DNA of 64,000 nucleotides from an uncultured Clostridia bacterium (GTDB lineage Bacteria; Bacillota; Clostridia; TANB77; UBA1234), in contig CALXZO010000009.1 in the NCBI GenBank assembly GCA_944393265.1, positions 1,103 to 65,102 of the forward strand. The letters are read 5' to 3'. This document shows positions 40,786 to 50,659 of this stretch, piece after piece. How positions within the stretch are numbered: the first letter of the stretch is position 1; every line of letters starts with the position of its first letter. The translations under genes and the position numbers were made by a program. The notes below the pieces were generated by a model. That model was not told the DNA's origin. It saw only the letters and a program-made list of their open reading frames with translations, and searched no databases.

Positions 40786-42537
40786 AATGAATACAGAACA
40801 CATTATTGCAATGAATTAAGAATCAGTGATGTTGGCAAGGAGGTGCGCCTAGCTGGATGGTTACAAACAGTGAGAGATTTGGGATCCGTAATATTTATTG
40901 ATTTGAGGGACCATTTTGGAATTACACAACTTGTTATTACCGATGATGAAGAGAATATGAAGATAATTAGAAGTTTAAGCACAGAAAGTACAGTTTCTAT
41001 AACAGGAAAAGTGCGTGAAAGGTCGAACAAAAATCCTAACATACCTACTGGAGAAATTGAGATTATACCTTCTAAAATTCGTGTTTGTGGAAAAGCTAAA
41101 AATGTATTGCCATTTGAAATTAATATAGGGCAAGATGTAAGGGAAGATTTAAGATTAGAGTACAGATATTTAGATTTAAGAAATGAAAAAATACATAATA
41201 ATATTGTGCTTAGAGCTAAGATTATGAAAACAATCAGAGAGATAATGGATGATATGGGATTCATTGAAATCCAAACACCTATTTTGACAAGCTCTTCGCC
41301 TGAAGGGGCAAGAGATTTTATCGTGCCAAGTAGGCTACATCCAGGAGAATTTTATGCTTTGCCACAAGCACCGCAACAGTATAAGCAATTAATTATGATG
41401 TCAGGATTTGATAAATATTATCAAATTGCACCATGCTTTAGAGATGAAGATCCGAGAGCAGATAGATCTCCGGGTGAGTTTTATCAACTTGACCTAGAAA
41501 TGTCATTTGCAACTCAAGAAGATGTTTTCAAAGTAGTTGAAAATGTTGTACTTAATACCTTTAGAAGGCATACAACATGGAAGGTTAGTGATGATAATTT
41601 AATAAGAATTCCATATAGAGAAGCAATGAAAAAGTATGGTAGTGACAAACCAGACTTAAGAAATCCACTAGTATTAAATGATCTTACAGACATGTTTGTA
41701 AATACGACATTTAAAGCTTTTGCTGAGAAAAAAGTAATTGCTATTGTAGTACCAAGTGCGGGAAATGAAACAAGAAAATTCTTTGATAGTATGACAGAGT
41801 ATGCAGTTAACGAGTGTGAAGCCAAAGGACTAGCTTACGTAAAGATAAGTGAAAGCGGAGAATTATCAGGAGGAATTTCAAAGTTCTTTAATGATGAAAT
41901 GACAAAAGAATTATTAGAGAAATATGCTAAGCCTAACGATGCTGTATTTTTTGTAGCTGATGAAAATGAAGAAAAGGCACAAAAGCTTGCGGGACTAATT
42001 AGAAATGAGACGGCTAAGCGTTTAGACTTGTTAGAGAAAAACGTATATAAGTTTTGCTGGATAGTTGATTTCCCTATGTACGAAAAAGATGACGAAGGTA
42101 AAATTGAATTCAATCATAATCCGTTTTCTATGCCGCAAGGAGGTCTAGAAAGTTTGAATACAAAAGACCCACTTGAAATATATGCATATCAATACGATCT
42201 TGTTTGTAACGGATATGAGCTTGCATCGGGAGCCGTAAGAAATCATGATATAGAGATAATGGAAAGAGCATTTGAAATAGCAGGATATACAAGAGAACAT
42301 GTTGAGTCAAAATTTCCAGCACTATTTAATGCATTTCAATACGGAGCACCACCACATGCAGGTGCGGCACCCGGACTAGATAGAATGATAATGTTACTTG
42401 CGCAGGAGGAGAGCATAAGAGAAGTTATTGCATTCCCTAAGAACAGCAAGGCAAGAGACTTATTAATGGGAGCACCATCTACAGTATATGAATATCAGCT
42501 AAAAGATGTGCACATAAAATTAGATGTCAATGAGTGA
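40786..42537 (+). CDS. aspS: aspartate--tRNA ligase
   Basis: class II aaRS motifs (FRDEDPRADRSPGEFYQLD, GAPPHAGAAPGLDRMIMLL), N-terminal OB anticodon-binding domain; ~584 aa from the ATG at 40786. Confidence 0.9.
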   Translation, partial: NEYRTHYCNELRISDVGKEVRLAGWLQTVRDLGSVIFIDLRDHFGITQLVITDDEENMKIIRSLSTESTVSITGKVRERSNKNPNIPTGEIEIIPSKIRVCGKAKNVLPFEINIGQDVREDLRLEYRYLDLRNEKIHNNIVLRAKIMKTIREIMDDMGFIEIQTPILTSSSPEGARDFIVPSRLHPGEFYALPQAPQQYKQLIMMSGFDKYYQIAPCFRDEDPRADRSPGEFYQLDLEMSFATQEDVFKVVENVVLNTFRRHTTWKVSDDNLIRIPYREAMKKYGSDKPDLRNPLVLNDLTDMFVNTTFKAFAEKKVIAIVVPSAGNETRKFFDSMTEYAVNECEAKGLAYVKISESGELSGGISKFFNDEMTKELLEKYAKPNDAVFFVADENEEKAQKLAGLIRNETAKRLDLLEKNVYKFCWIVDFPMYEKDDEGKIEFNHNPFSMPQGGLESLNTKDPLEIYAYQYDLVCNGYELASGAVRNHDIEIMERAFEIAGYTREHVESKFPALFNAFQYGAPPHAGAAPGLDRMIMLLAQEESIREVIAFPKNSKARDLLMGAPSTVYEYQLKDVHIKLDVNE

Positions 42538-42544
42538 TTTTAAT

Positions 42545-42564
42545 GGACGGAGAATTCTCCGTCC
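42545..42564 (+). terminator. palindromic hairpin after aspS
   Basis: ggacggagaattctccgtcc perfect 20-bp palindrome; weak T-run. Confidence 0.4.
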
Positions 42565-42677
42565 TCATTGATTGAGCAAGACTCTTTTCAGCCATTTAAA
42601 AAACGGTTAAAATTTTCTACTACCATTGACAGTTTTTTTAGATAATAGTTATAATAAGTTTATGAAAGGGTGATATT

Positions 42678-43919
42678 ATGAATTTTGATGAAGCAAAATT
42701 TATCTTAGAAAAATATGGGCAAACTCATATTTTAAAGTCATACGAAAGATTAAATAGTGAAGATAAGGAAAAGTTATTAAATCAGATTTCAAAAACTGAT
42801 TTTGAAAAAATTAGTGAGCTTTATGAAAATGCTAAAAAACCGGCGGAAACAGAAAGCGCAGTTATAGAACCTGCTAAATATGTTGATTCAGCTAAATTAT
42901 CAGAAGAAGAAAAAGCAGAATATATAAGATTAGGTGAAGAGGCAATAAAAAGCGGAAAACTTGCTGTTGTTACAATGGCAGGTGGACAAGGAACAAGACT
43001 TGGTCATAGTGGTCCAAAAGGAACGTTTGATATTGGACTTGACTCACATAAGAGCATTTTTGAAATTCAAAATGATATTTTAAAAGAAGCAAATGAAAAG
43101 TATGGAGTTACTATTCCATGGTATATTATGACTAGTAAAGAAAATGATTCGGATACTAAAAAGTTTTTTGAAGAAAAAAATTATTTTGGATATCCAAAGA
43201 AAGAGGCGAATTTCTTCTTTAAGCAAGGTGAATTACCTATGATTGATGAAGAAGGAAAACTTATTATTAATGAGAATGGATTTATTAAAGAAGCTGCGGA
43301 TGGCCACGGAGGAGTGTTTGAAGCTATGGCAGCAAACGGTGTTTTAGATGACATGAGAAAAAGAAATATTGAATGGGTATTTATTGCTGCGGTGGATAAT
43401 GTTTTAGTAAAGATGGCGGATCCATTATTTATAGGATATGCTATAAAAAATAATTTTAAAGTTGCTTCAAAAACAATTCCAAAGAAAAGCCCGTCTGAAA
43501 GAGTCGGCGTTTTTTGCAAAAAGAATGGAAGACCTTATGTAATAGAATATACGGAAATTTCAGAAGAGCAAGCAAATGCTAGAGATGAGAATGGAGAACT
43601 TCTATATGGTGAGGGGCACGTTTTATTAAATTTGTTTAACATAGAGGCGTTAGAAGAAGTTGAAAAATATAAATTGCCATATCATACGGCGCATAAGAAA
43701 TCTAGTTATATGAATGAAGATGGGGAAATAGTTCAACCAGAAAAACCTAATGCATATAAATTTGAAACGTTTTTGTTTGACGCTTTTGCCAAGATGCCGG
43801 AAATAGGTTTGATTAGAGGAAAAAGAGAAGTCGATTTTTCGGTAGTAAAAAATGCTGAGGGAGATGACTCACCAGAAACAGCTAAGAGGGACTATATAAA
43901 ATTTCACAATCAGGGATAA
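42678..43919 (+). CDS. UDPGP-family nucleotide-sugar pyrophosphorylase (UDP-GlcNAc/UDP-sugar pyrophosphorylase-like)
   Basis: MAGGQGTRLG nucleotide-binding motif and overall UAP1-like architecture; 413 aa. Confidence 0.75.
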   Translation: MNFDEAKFILEKYGQTHILKSYERLNSEDKEKLLNQISKTDFEKISELYENAKKPAETESAVIEPAKYVDSAKLSEEEKAEYIRLGEEAIKSGKLAVVTMAGGQGTRLGHSGPKGTFDIGLDSHKSIFEIQNDILKEANEKYGVTIPWYIMTSKENDSDTKKFFEEKNYFGYPKKEANFFFKQGELPMIDEEGKLIINENGFIKEAADGHGGVFEAMAANGVLDDMRKRNIEWVFIAAVDNVLVKMADPLFIGYAIKNNFKVASKTIPKKSPSERVGVFCKKNGRPYVIEYTEISEEQANARDENGELLYGEGHVLLNLFNIEALEEVEKYKLPYHTAHKKSSYMNEDGEIVQPEKPNAYKFETFLFDAFAKMPEIGLIRGKREVDFSVVKNAEGDDSPETAKRDYIKFHNQG

Positions 43920-43954
43920 AATTATTTAAACCTTAAAACGAAGGAGGAGGCAAA

Positions 43955-44533
43955 ATGGTAGTGGTGTACGTCATAACTATAATTATATTTTTATTAATAT
44001 TAGTAAACTATTATTTGGGAGAAAACTTATATGTTATTCCTGAAGATAAACGTTTTTTTTATAATGTTAATGAGACAAAAATCACAAGAGAAAGGAATAT
44101 TGGTCCAGCTCCATCTTATGTAATTACAATTTCAGTTGCTACGGGAATATTAATTGGAATGTACTTGGCGTATGCATCCACTGCAAATCTAGGCAATAAC
44201 ATTATTATTATATTGGCAATAGCTGCAATATTTATTTGCTATGCAATAGAAATTACGAGAAATATTACACTAAAAGATGGAACATTGACATTATCAAGGT
44301 TTCTAGCAAAAGATAAAGTAATTAAAATAGATAACATTATGGGAATGTATATCTATAGCTATAATAAAAAGTTTTTAAATAAACATGCATATACAACCAA
44401 GCTAGTAATTACGGATATAAATGATAAAATGACTAAATTTACATTGTCTAGTATAAATAATAAGGCTGTTTTGAATATGATGAAAGAAGATTTTGGAATT
44501 ATTAATAATAAAATGTATATAGCAAAAAGATAA
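43955..44533 (+). CDS. hypothetical membrane protein
   Basis: three hydrophobic segments; no family recognised. Confidence 0.4.
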   Translation: MVVVYVITIIIFLLILVNYYLGENLYVIPEDKRFFYNVNETKITRERNIGPAPSYVITISVATGILIGMYLAYASTANLGNNIIIILAIAAIFICYAIEITRNITLKDGTLTLSRFLAKDKVIKIDNIMGMYIYSYNKKFLNKHAYTTKLVITDINDKMTKFTLSSINNKAVLNMMKEDFGIINNKMYIAKR

Positions 44534-44689
44534 TATGTAATAAAAACGATGCAGGGCTTCTTGATGTAACTTGGAGATAACTCATTCCTTGTTGTGTCAA
44601 GAAGTTCTGTTTTTTTGTGTTAGGTTTGTTGTATATTTTCTGTATTTTTTGGAAATGATTATGGTATAAATTTTTGTGTGGAGGTTTTT

Positions 44690-44998
44690 ATGATTACGGA
44701 TATTGGGAAAAAAATTATTTCTATTAAAGACATTCCTTCTAATATAATTGAAGAGGCAATTTTTATCTTAAAATCTGATGTAAATAATGTGAAAAATGAG
44801 AAGATACGTGATAAGCAAAAAGAGATTGTAAGAGCAGAAGCAGAAGATTTTGTTAAGGATTATGTTATAAAAATTCAAGAAGATACTGAAGCTAAGAAGC
44901 AAGAAAAGTATTTAAAAAATGTGAAAATAAAAGCAATGCTAATAAGCATAATTGCTGTTATTTCTTGCTTAATTATTGGAAAAATTTTTATGTTATAA
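44690..44998 (+). CDS. hypothetical protein with C-terminal TM anchor
   Basis: ORF with GGAGG-like RBS (tggagg) before the ATG at 44690; charged coiled region plus a C-terminal hydrophobic tail. Confidence 0.35.
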   Translation: MITDIGKKIISIKDIPSNIIEEAIFILKSDVNNVKNEKIRDKQKEIVRAEAEDFVKDYVIKIQEDTEAKKQEKYLKNVKIKAMLISIIAVISCLIIGKIFML

Positions 44999-45114
44999 CT
45001 ATTTTAGTTAGTATAGTGTAAGGATTGTATATTACTAGGGAAGAAATGGCTTGTCACTATTTGAGAATAAATAATGGTGGCAAGCATATATTTATAACTA
45101 GGAGGCGATAACAA

Positions 45115-45963
45115 ATGGAGATGATGATTGATCGAACTAGTTATAGAAGAAGTAACGTAAAGTGTCAAGAACCCGTAAAGCCAGCAAAAAGTAGAATTAA
45201 GGTTTTGATTTTAAATCAAATAATAATATCTATGGCTATTATAATAAGTGTTTTAATAATTAAGCTTTGCAATTTTGAAACGTCGTATAATTGGCTAGTT
45301 GAGGAGATAAATAATGGTATTCCATACAAAGTGCTATATGAGCTAACGAATACAAAAATAAATGAGATAAAATTATTTTTTGACGGTGAAGTATCGAGAA
45401 AAAATGATGTTGATGAAGCTGAAAATCAAGGAGAAGTTGTATCACCATCTGGTGAGGAAATGACAAATTTAAATAGCACGGAACTAAGTGGAGACGATAT
45501 ATCTCTTAATGTTATACCAAAATATGAAACTGCAGTTGAGGGGATTAATCAAATGGTAGACGATGCAAATTATATTAAAAATAATTATAGTATACAAACG
45601 CCTCTTAATGGAACGATAACATCAATTTTTGGAGCACGAACTAGTGATAATCCTATAGTTAGCTCATACCATACAGGACTAGATATTGCTGCAAAAACAG
45701 GCACTACCATAGTTGCGGCACATGATGGTGAGGTTATAGAAGCTAGTACTATTAGCGGATATGGCAAGTGCGTCATGATAAAGCAAGGAGAACTGTTAAC
45801 AGTTTATGCGCATTGTTCTAGCCTTAATGTGAAAAAAGGTGAAGTAGTGAAGAAAGGAAGTAAGATAGGAGAGGTAGGGATGACAGGAAATGCCACGGGA
45901 CCACATTTGCATTTTGAAGTGCGATATAACGGACGTTTTGTTAATCCTGAAGATATTATTTGA
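45115..45963 (+). CDS. membrane-anchored M23/LytM-domain protein, SpoIVFA-like
   Basis: N-terminal TM, C-terminal M23 domain (YHTGLDIAA ... GYGKCVMIKQG ... TGPHLHFEV); translationally coupled to an M50 site-2 protease gene as in spoIVFA-spoIVFB. Confidence 0.5.
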   Translation: MEMMIDRTSYRRSNVKCQEPVKPAKSRIKVLILNQIIISMAIIISVLIIKLCNFETSYNWLVEEINNGIPYKVLYELTNTKINEIKLFFDGEVSRKNDVDEAENQGEVVSPSGEEMTNLNSTELSGDDISLNVIPKYETAVEGINQMVDDANYIKNNYSIQTPLNGTITSIFGARTSDNPIVSSYHTGLDIAAKTGTTIVAAHDGEVIEASTISGYGKCVMIKQGELLTVYAHCSSLNVKKGEVVKKGSKIGEVGMTGNATGPHLHFEVRYNGRFVNPEDII

Positions 45964-46550
45964 TGGCTATAAAAGTACACATATATTTATTTTTGGTGAT
46001 GGCGTACATGTTTGCAACTGGCAAATTAAAATTTTTTATATGTTATTATATGTTTATTTTAATGCACGAAATTTCACATGTTATAGTAGCATTAGCGTTA
46101 AAGGAAGATGTAAAAGAAATAACTTTATTGCCTGTTGGTATCTATGCCTCGTTGCCTAAGAAAATAACAAATAAAAAAGAGCTAATAATTAGTCTAGCAG
46201 GGCCGCTTGCTAGCTTTTTATTTGCAAATTTATTAAATAATGAAACGTTTATTATGATGAATTTATTTATTTGCATTTTTAATTTAATTCCTATTTATCC
46301 GTTAGATGGCGGAAGAATATTGCGATGTATTCTTATGTTTTTTACAAGCTACTCTACAACTAAAAAAATTACATTTGCAATTTCTAAATTTTTTGTAATT
46401 ACATTACTTTTAATATCAATCATTTCTGCAGCGTATTTTAAAAATTATTATATGGCAATTTTGTCGATTTATATTTTTTATATTGCAAAAGATGAAATAA
46501 AAAAAGATAAATATTACGGGATAATTAACTATTTACAAATTCAGAAATAA
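45963..46550 (+). CDS. M50-family site-2 metalloprotease, SpoIVFB-like but short (no CBS domain)
   Basis: HEISHVIVA (HExxH) in a TM helix and the NLIPIYPLDGGRIL LDG motif; 196 aa; start overlaps the upstream stop (TTGATG). Confidence 0.6.
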   Translation: MAIKVHIYLFLVMAYMFATGKLKFFICYYMFILMHEISHVIVALALKEDVKEITLLPVGIYASLPKKITNKKELIISLAGPLASFLFANLLNNETFIMMNLFICIFNLIPIYPLDGGRILRCILMFFTSYSTTKKITFAISKFFVITLLLISIISAAYFKNYYMAILSIYIFYIAKDEIKKDKYYGIINYLQIQK

Positions 46551-46579
46551 ATATTAAACTAGTTATGAGGTGGAGGGTT

Positions 46580-49500
46580 ATGATAACAAAAGAGAAAGGT
46601 TACTCCCTTAATGTATTAGTAATCACTATTGCAGTAATGATTATTTTAACAACAACTGCGGTTTTAACAATGAGAAGTATGACTGCAGATAAAGAAATTA
46701 CTAATTTTATGAGTGATTTGCAAGAGACGGAGGAATTTGTAAAAGAATATTATTTAAGGAAAGAAACTTTACCGGTAGTTCTTGAGGGCAATCGACCAAG
46801 GGAGATTACAATTCCCGAAGACATGCAATCTCAAGTGGGAGAAAATGATGCTGGTGGATATTATGAAATTGATCTTGCTAAGCTAGATGGAATTAGCTTG
46901 TATGATTATGATAGATTATATTTATTGAACGAAGAATCTCTTAAAGTTTATGTTATGAATCCAGTAAAATACAATAACGTAGATTATTACACTTTAACTG
47001 ATGAACTTTTAGGAATAGAAAAAATTTATGGTATTGCAGCTCCTTTTGAAATAGTAGTTGCTGGTAATCCAGTTACATGGGTATCAGGTGCAAAACTTTT
47101 AGTTTCTATTCCAGATCATGAAGATATTGGACCATTATGGTCATTTAAGTATTATAAAGGTGGACCTATTACAGCAGAACAGTTTAAGACGATGGGAACT
47201 TTTTTTGAATATGGTGAAACCATTAATGTGACGGAGAATGATACATATAGCATATATGTAGAAGATGAAAATGGATATTCAAAAGTCAGAAATATTGTTG
47301 TAGAAAAAATAGATGAAAGAAATCCTTATGTATATGTCACTAATACGGGAGGAATAGTTGTTGGTGATGACGAGACTGGTATAAATGAAATAAGGTACAA
47401 AATCATTGATTATAGCATAGGGGAAAATGAACGTGCAACTGATGTTGAAACTTATTTTCAAGGAACACCGGATCATATACCAGATGGATTAGATGATGAT
47501 ACTTGGAGTTGGACATGCGAGGAAGCGTATACAGGAGAAAGGGTTGACGGCGTAGTTCCTAGCAAGGGAAGAGATGTTAATTCGTATAAGGCAGATTATC
47601 AAGAATATTTGGAAAGATATGCTGAAATTTCGACTGATCCGTCAGGAGATGTGTCAGTTTTAGATGATGAATTTCCACAATTTCAGCACGATGGTGTGCC
47701 ATATTCTGATAGCGAAGAAAATATTGTACTTTATGTAGAAGATTATGCGGGAAACAGAAGTGTAACAGATAGAAATCTTACTTTATGCAAAGTGTCAAGA
47801 GAAATGTTGTTGGCTAACAACCTTGTAGATATGATTGTTGTGCCACTGGGTGGAGTGAGACTTACAATTAATGATGGAGCACGCTATACAAAAAGTAGAA
47901 CAGTAGACCTTTTAATAAATTCTATGGGTGCAGAATCGATGTATATAACGACAGATGCTAGTGATGTGCCATCTGATGGAGACTGGCAACCGTTTAATGC
48001 AATTGTTAATTCATATGAGCTCCCAGATGTTAATGGAGAGGTTACAGTATATGTATATGTGACAGCAAATCAGTATGTAGATGGAAGCTTAAAGTATGAG
48101 GTAACATCAGCGCAAATTTATTTGGATACTGTAAAACCTACTAACACAGCGCCGACTGTGCAACCAGTGGAAAGTAACCTACTCCTTACAATAGAATCAA
48201 ATCAAATAGATAATGAAAGTGGAATTGAACAAATAATATATGGCTATAAATTGGTAGATGAAGTAGAATATATTTGGTCTGACACAGGAACAAATATTGA
48301 AGTAAGGCAAGGAAGCACGTATAACATAAAAACTCGTGCAGTAGATAAAGCGGGAAATGTGCAAGATTCAGAGGTAATTGAAATACAAACTCCAATACAA
48401 GAAAAACAGATAATACCAAATGAACCAGCTATGGCAACTGGTATGACAGCCATAGTTTGGGATGGGACTTTAGCGCAACCGGGAAATGAAATTGAAATTG
48501 ATTCTATAACTTGGAAAGACGAGAATGGAAATTCATATGTATGGTATGATTACAATTCTGGTGACGGAATAACAGACACGCGCAATAGTATTTGGGCAAA
48601 TGCTAAGACTGCTGGTGGAAGCTATTTTGTGTGGATACCTAGATTTGCATATAAAATAACATATTTTGAGGATGCAAATAAGACTACAATTAAAGGATAT
48701 CATAAAAATTCGATTTCAAAAGGCATTGAATATTTTGAAAGTGATGGAACGACTGTTGCTACAAACCCAGATGATGTACGAACAAAATATGTAACGATAG
48801 ATATATTATTTTTAAATGGAACTTCTAATACACAATATAAGGAAAAAAATCTTGTAACGAATGTAGTAAATATAAAAACGCTTCCGGAAGAGTATATAGT
48901 ACATCCTGCTTTCCAAAGAGTTGAGACAAGCTCGATTAATAATTCACTTGGAAAATGGGGAACGGAGCTTACTGGTATTTGGGTGGCAAAGTTTGAGGCT
49001 AGTAGGAGTGACGCGACTTTTGCGGAAGGAGGAACTTCAGACAGTATAATGGTTGTTCCTAATGTAAAGAGCTGTACAGAAATTTCTATTAGTGATGCTT
49101 ATGACTACTGTAGCGATATGAATATAGCTTTATCTTCGCATTTGATGAAGAGTAGCGAGTGGGGTGCCGTAGCGTATCTTACACACAGTGCATATGGAAG
49201 AAATGGAAATGAAGTATCAAGTAATAGATATGAAGGATATGTTACTGGTGGTGGAGGTACTACTAGCAGCTATACATGCACGGAGAGCACGTTTGAAAAT
49301 ACGTATGCTTTTGATGCAAATGACACGAATAATGGAAAGGCTGGTATGTATGCAAGCACTACAGGAAACATATATGGAATATTTGATATGGCAGGTGGTA
49401 CTGCAGAATATGTGGCTACGTATCTAAATAATTCTGATTCTAATATCAGAACGAACGGGCAAAGTTTAACACAAACTATATCGACATATTTCAGGGAAGT

Positions 49501-49780
49501 ATATTCAGTTGCATCGACTGATGCTCCAATAAATAATTATAGGAAAAATGGAGCTGATGATGGTATATACGGAAATGCTATATATGAAACATCAACAGGA
49601 TATTTAGGAGCATATGGAATTAATTCAGATATAACTAATTATCCGAGTGAAAGTACGCCTTTCTTTGTGAGAGGGGGTGCAGTATCTGATGGAACGGGAA
49701 CAGGAATATTTGCATTTGACGATTCAAATGGAGAAGGAGATATTTCAAATGGATTCCGACCAGTACTTGCCTTTAGATAA
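46580..49780 (+). CDS. giant (~1066 aa) surface protein: prepilin-like N-terminal TM segment, Ig-like repeats, C-terminal FGE-sulfatase (SUMF1-like) domain
   Basis: GAGGTGGAGGG RBS before the ATG at 46580; N-terminal KGYSLNVLVITIAVMIIL resembles a class-III/pseudopilin signal lacking Glu5; D.AGN motifs (YAGNRSV, DKAGNVQD); C-terminal WGAVAYLTHSAYGRNG ... GIFDMAGGTAEYV matches the FGE-sulfatase pattern. Confidence 0.6.
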   Translation: MITKEKGYSLNVLVITIAVMIILTTTAVLTMRSMTADKEITNFMSDLQETEEFVKEYYLRKETLPVVLEGNRPREITIPEDMQSQVGENDAGGYYEIDLAKLDGISLYDYDRLYLLNEESLKVYVMNPVKYNNVDYYTLTDELLGIEKIYGIAAPFEIVVAGNPVTWVSGAKLLVSIPDHEDIGPLWSFKYYKGGPITAEQFKTMGTFFEYGETINVTENDTYSIYVEDENGYSKVRNIVVEKIDERNPYVYVTNTGGIVVGDDETGINEIRYKIIDYSIGENERATDVETYFQGTPDHIPDGLDDDTWSWTCEEAYTGERVDGVVPSKGRDVNSYKADYQEYLERYAEISTDPSGDVSVLDDEFPQFQHDGVPYSDSEENIVLYVEDYAGNRSVTDRNLTLCKVSREMLLANNLVDMIVVPLGGVRLTINDGARYTKSRTVDLLINSMGAESMYITTDASDVPSDGDWQPFNAIVNSYELPDVNGEVTVYVYVTANQYVDGSLKYEVTSAQIYLDTVKPTNTAPTVQPVESNLLLTIESNQIDNESGIEQIIYGYKLVDEVEYIWSDTGTNIEVRQGSTYNIKTRAVDKAGNVQDSEVIEIQTPIQEKQIIPNEPAMATGMTAIVWDGTLAQPGNEIEIDSITWKDENGNSYVWYDYNSGDGITDTRNSIWANAKTAGGSYFVWIPRFAYKITYFEDANKTTIKGYHKNSISKGIEYFESDGTTVATNPDDVRTKYVTIDILFLNGTSNTQYKEKNLVTNVVNIKTLPEEYIVHPAFQRVETSSINNSLGKWGTELTGIWVAKFEASRSDATFAEGGTSDSIMVVPNVKSCTEISISDAYDYCSDMNIALSSHLMKSSEWGAVAYLTHSAYGRNGNEVSSNRYEGYVTGGGGTTSSYTCTESTFENTYAFDANDTNNGKAGMYASTTGNIYGIFDMAGGTAEYVATYLNNSDSNIRTNGQSLTQTISTYFREVYSVASTDAPINNYRKNGADDGIYGNAIYETSTGYLGAYGINSDITNYPSESTPFFVRGGAVSDGTGTGIFAFDDSNGEGDISNGFRPVLAFR

Positions 49781-49876
49781 ATTGTTGTATATTAAGTGTA
49801 ATCTTACTAAAAAAGGATGTGATGGTTTACAACTAAAAAATGAAAATCTAAAATTAAAAAGAAAAGGAGGAAAAAA

Positions 49877-50494
49877 ATGCACATAAAAAACAAAATAATA
49901 ATTGGTACACTTATCATGATGACATTTTGCACATGCGTTATGGCTGTGACATTTACGGATCTTTTAGAAGAACATTGGGCGTATCAATATGTAACTACTT
50001 TATCGGATAATAATATAATTAATGGTTATCCGGATGGAACGTATAAGCCAGAAGGCACTATATCTAGAGCAGAATTTTTAAAATTGGTAATAGCAGCGTC
50101 TATGCCAAAAGAGGTAGATATATCAGAAGTGCCACCTGCATTAGAGCACTGGGCTGGACAATATTTATTTGTAGCACAAACTTATGGTATCGTTGACGCC
50201 GGTAGCATGGATTTGACAAATATTGATGAGCCAATAACAAGAATGGAGATGGCCTTGATTATATCAAAAACGGATGTAATGCTTAGAAATAAAAAAATAA
50301 ATAGTAATACAAATGTTACATTTAATGATTATGATACAATGAATTCTGAAGAGATAAAGTGGTTAACTCATGCTGTTGGAATGAATTATATAAACGGTTA
50401 TCCGGACAACACTTTTAAACCGGATGGAAATATGACAAGAGCTGAAGCGGCTGCTGTAATCTATAGATATCAAGGAATAGAAGTAAGCCAATAA
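49877..50494 (+). CDS. SLH-domain protein (two S-layer homology repeats)
   Basis: signal peptide, then FTDLLEEHWAYQYVTTL ... INGYPDGTYKPEGTISRAEFLKLV and a second INGYPDNTFKPDGNMTRAEAAAVIYRY SLH repeat. Confidence 0.75.
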   Translation: MHIKNKIIIGTLIMMTFCTCVMAVTFTDLLEEHWAYQYVTTLSDNNIINGYPDGTYKPEGTISRAEFLKLVIAASMPKEVDISEVPPALEHWAGQYLFVAQTYGIVDAGSMDLTNIDEPITRMEMALIISKTDVMLRNKKINSNTNVTFNDYDTMNSEEIKWLTHAVGMNYINGYPDNTFKPDGNMTRAEAAAVIYRYQGIEVSQ

Positions 50495-50659
50495 GACTAA
50501 AAAGTATTACATTTAAATTATTTGAAATTTCCTTTGAATATGTGAAAAATAATATAACAGGTGTATGAAAATTAATGTTGCAAATTAACAAGCACTTTTG
50601 AAGTATTAGAGAACGCAAAATTTAAAAAGGAATATAATAGATTAAAGGAGGGGAAAAGA

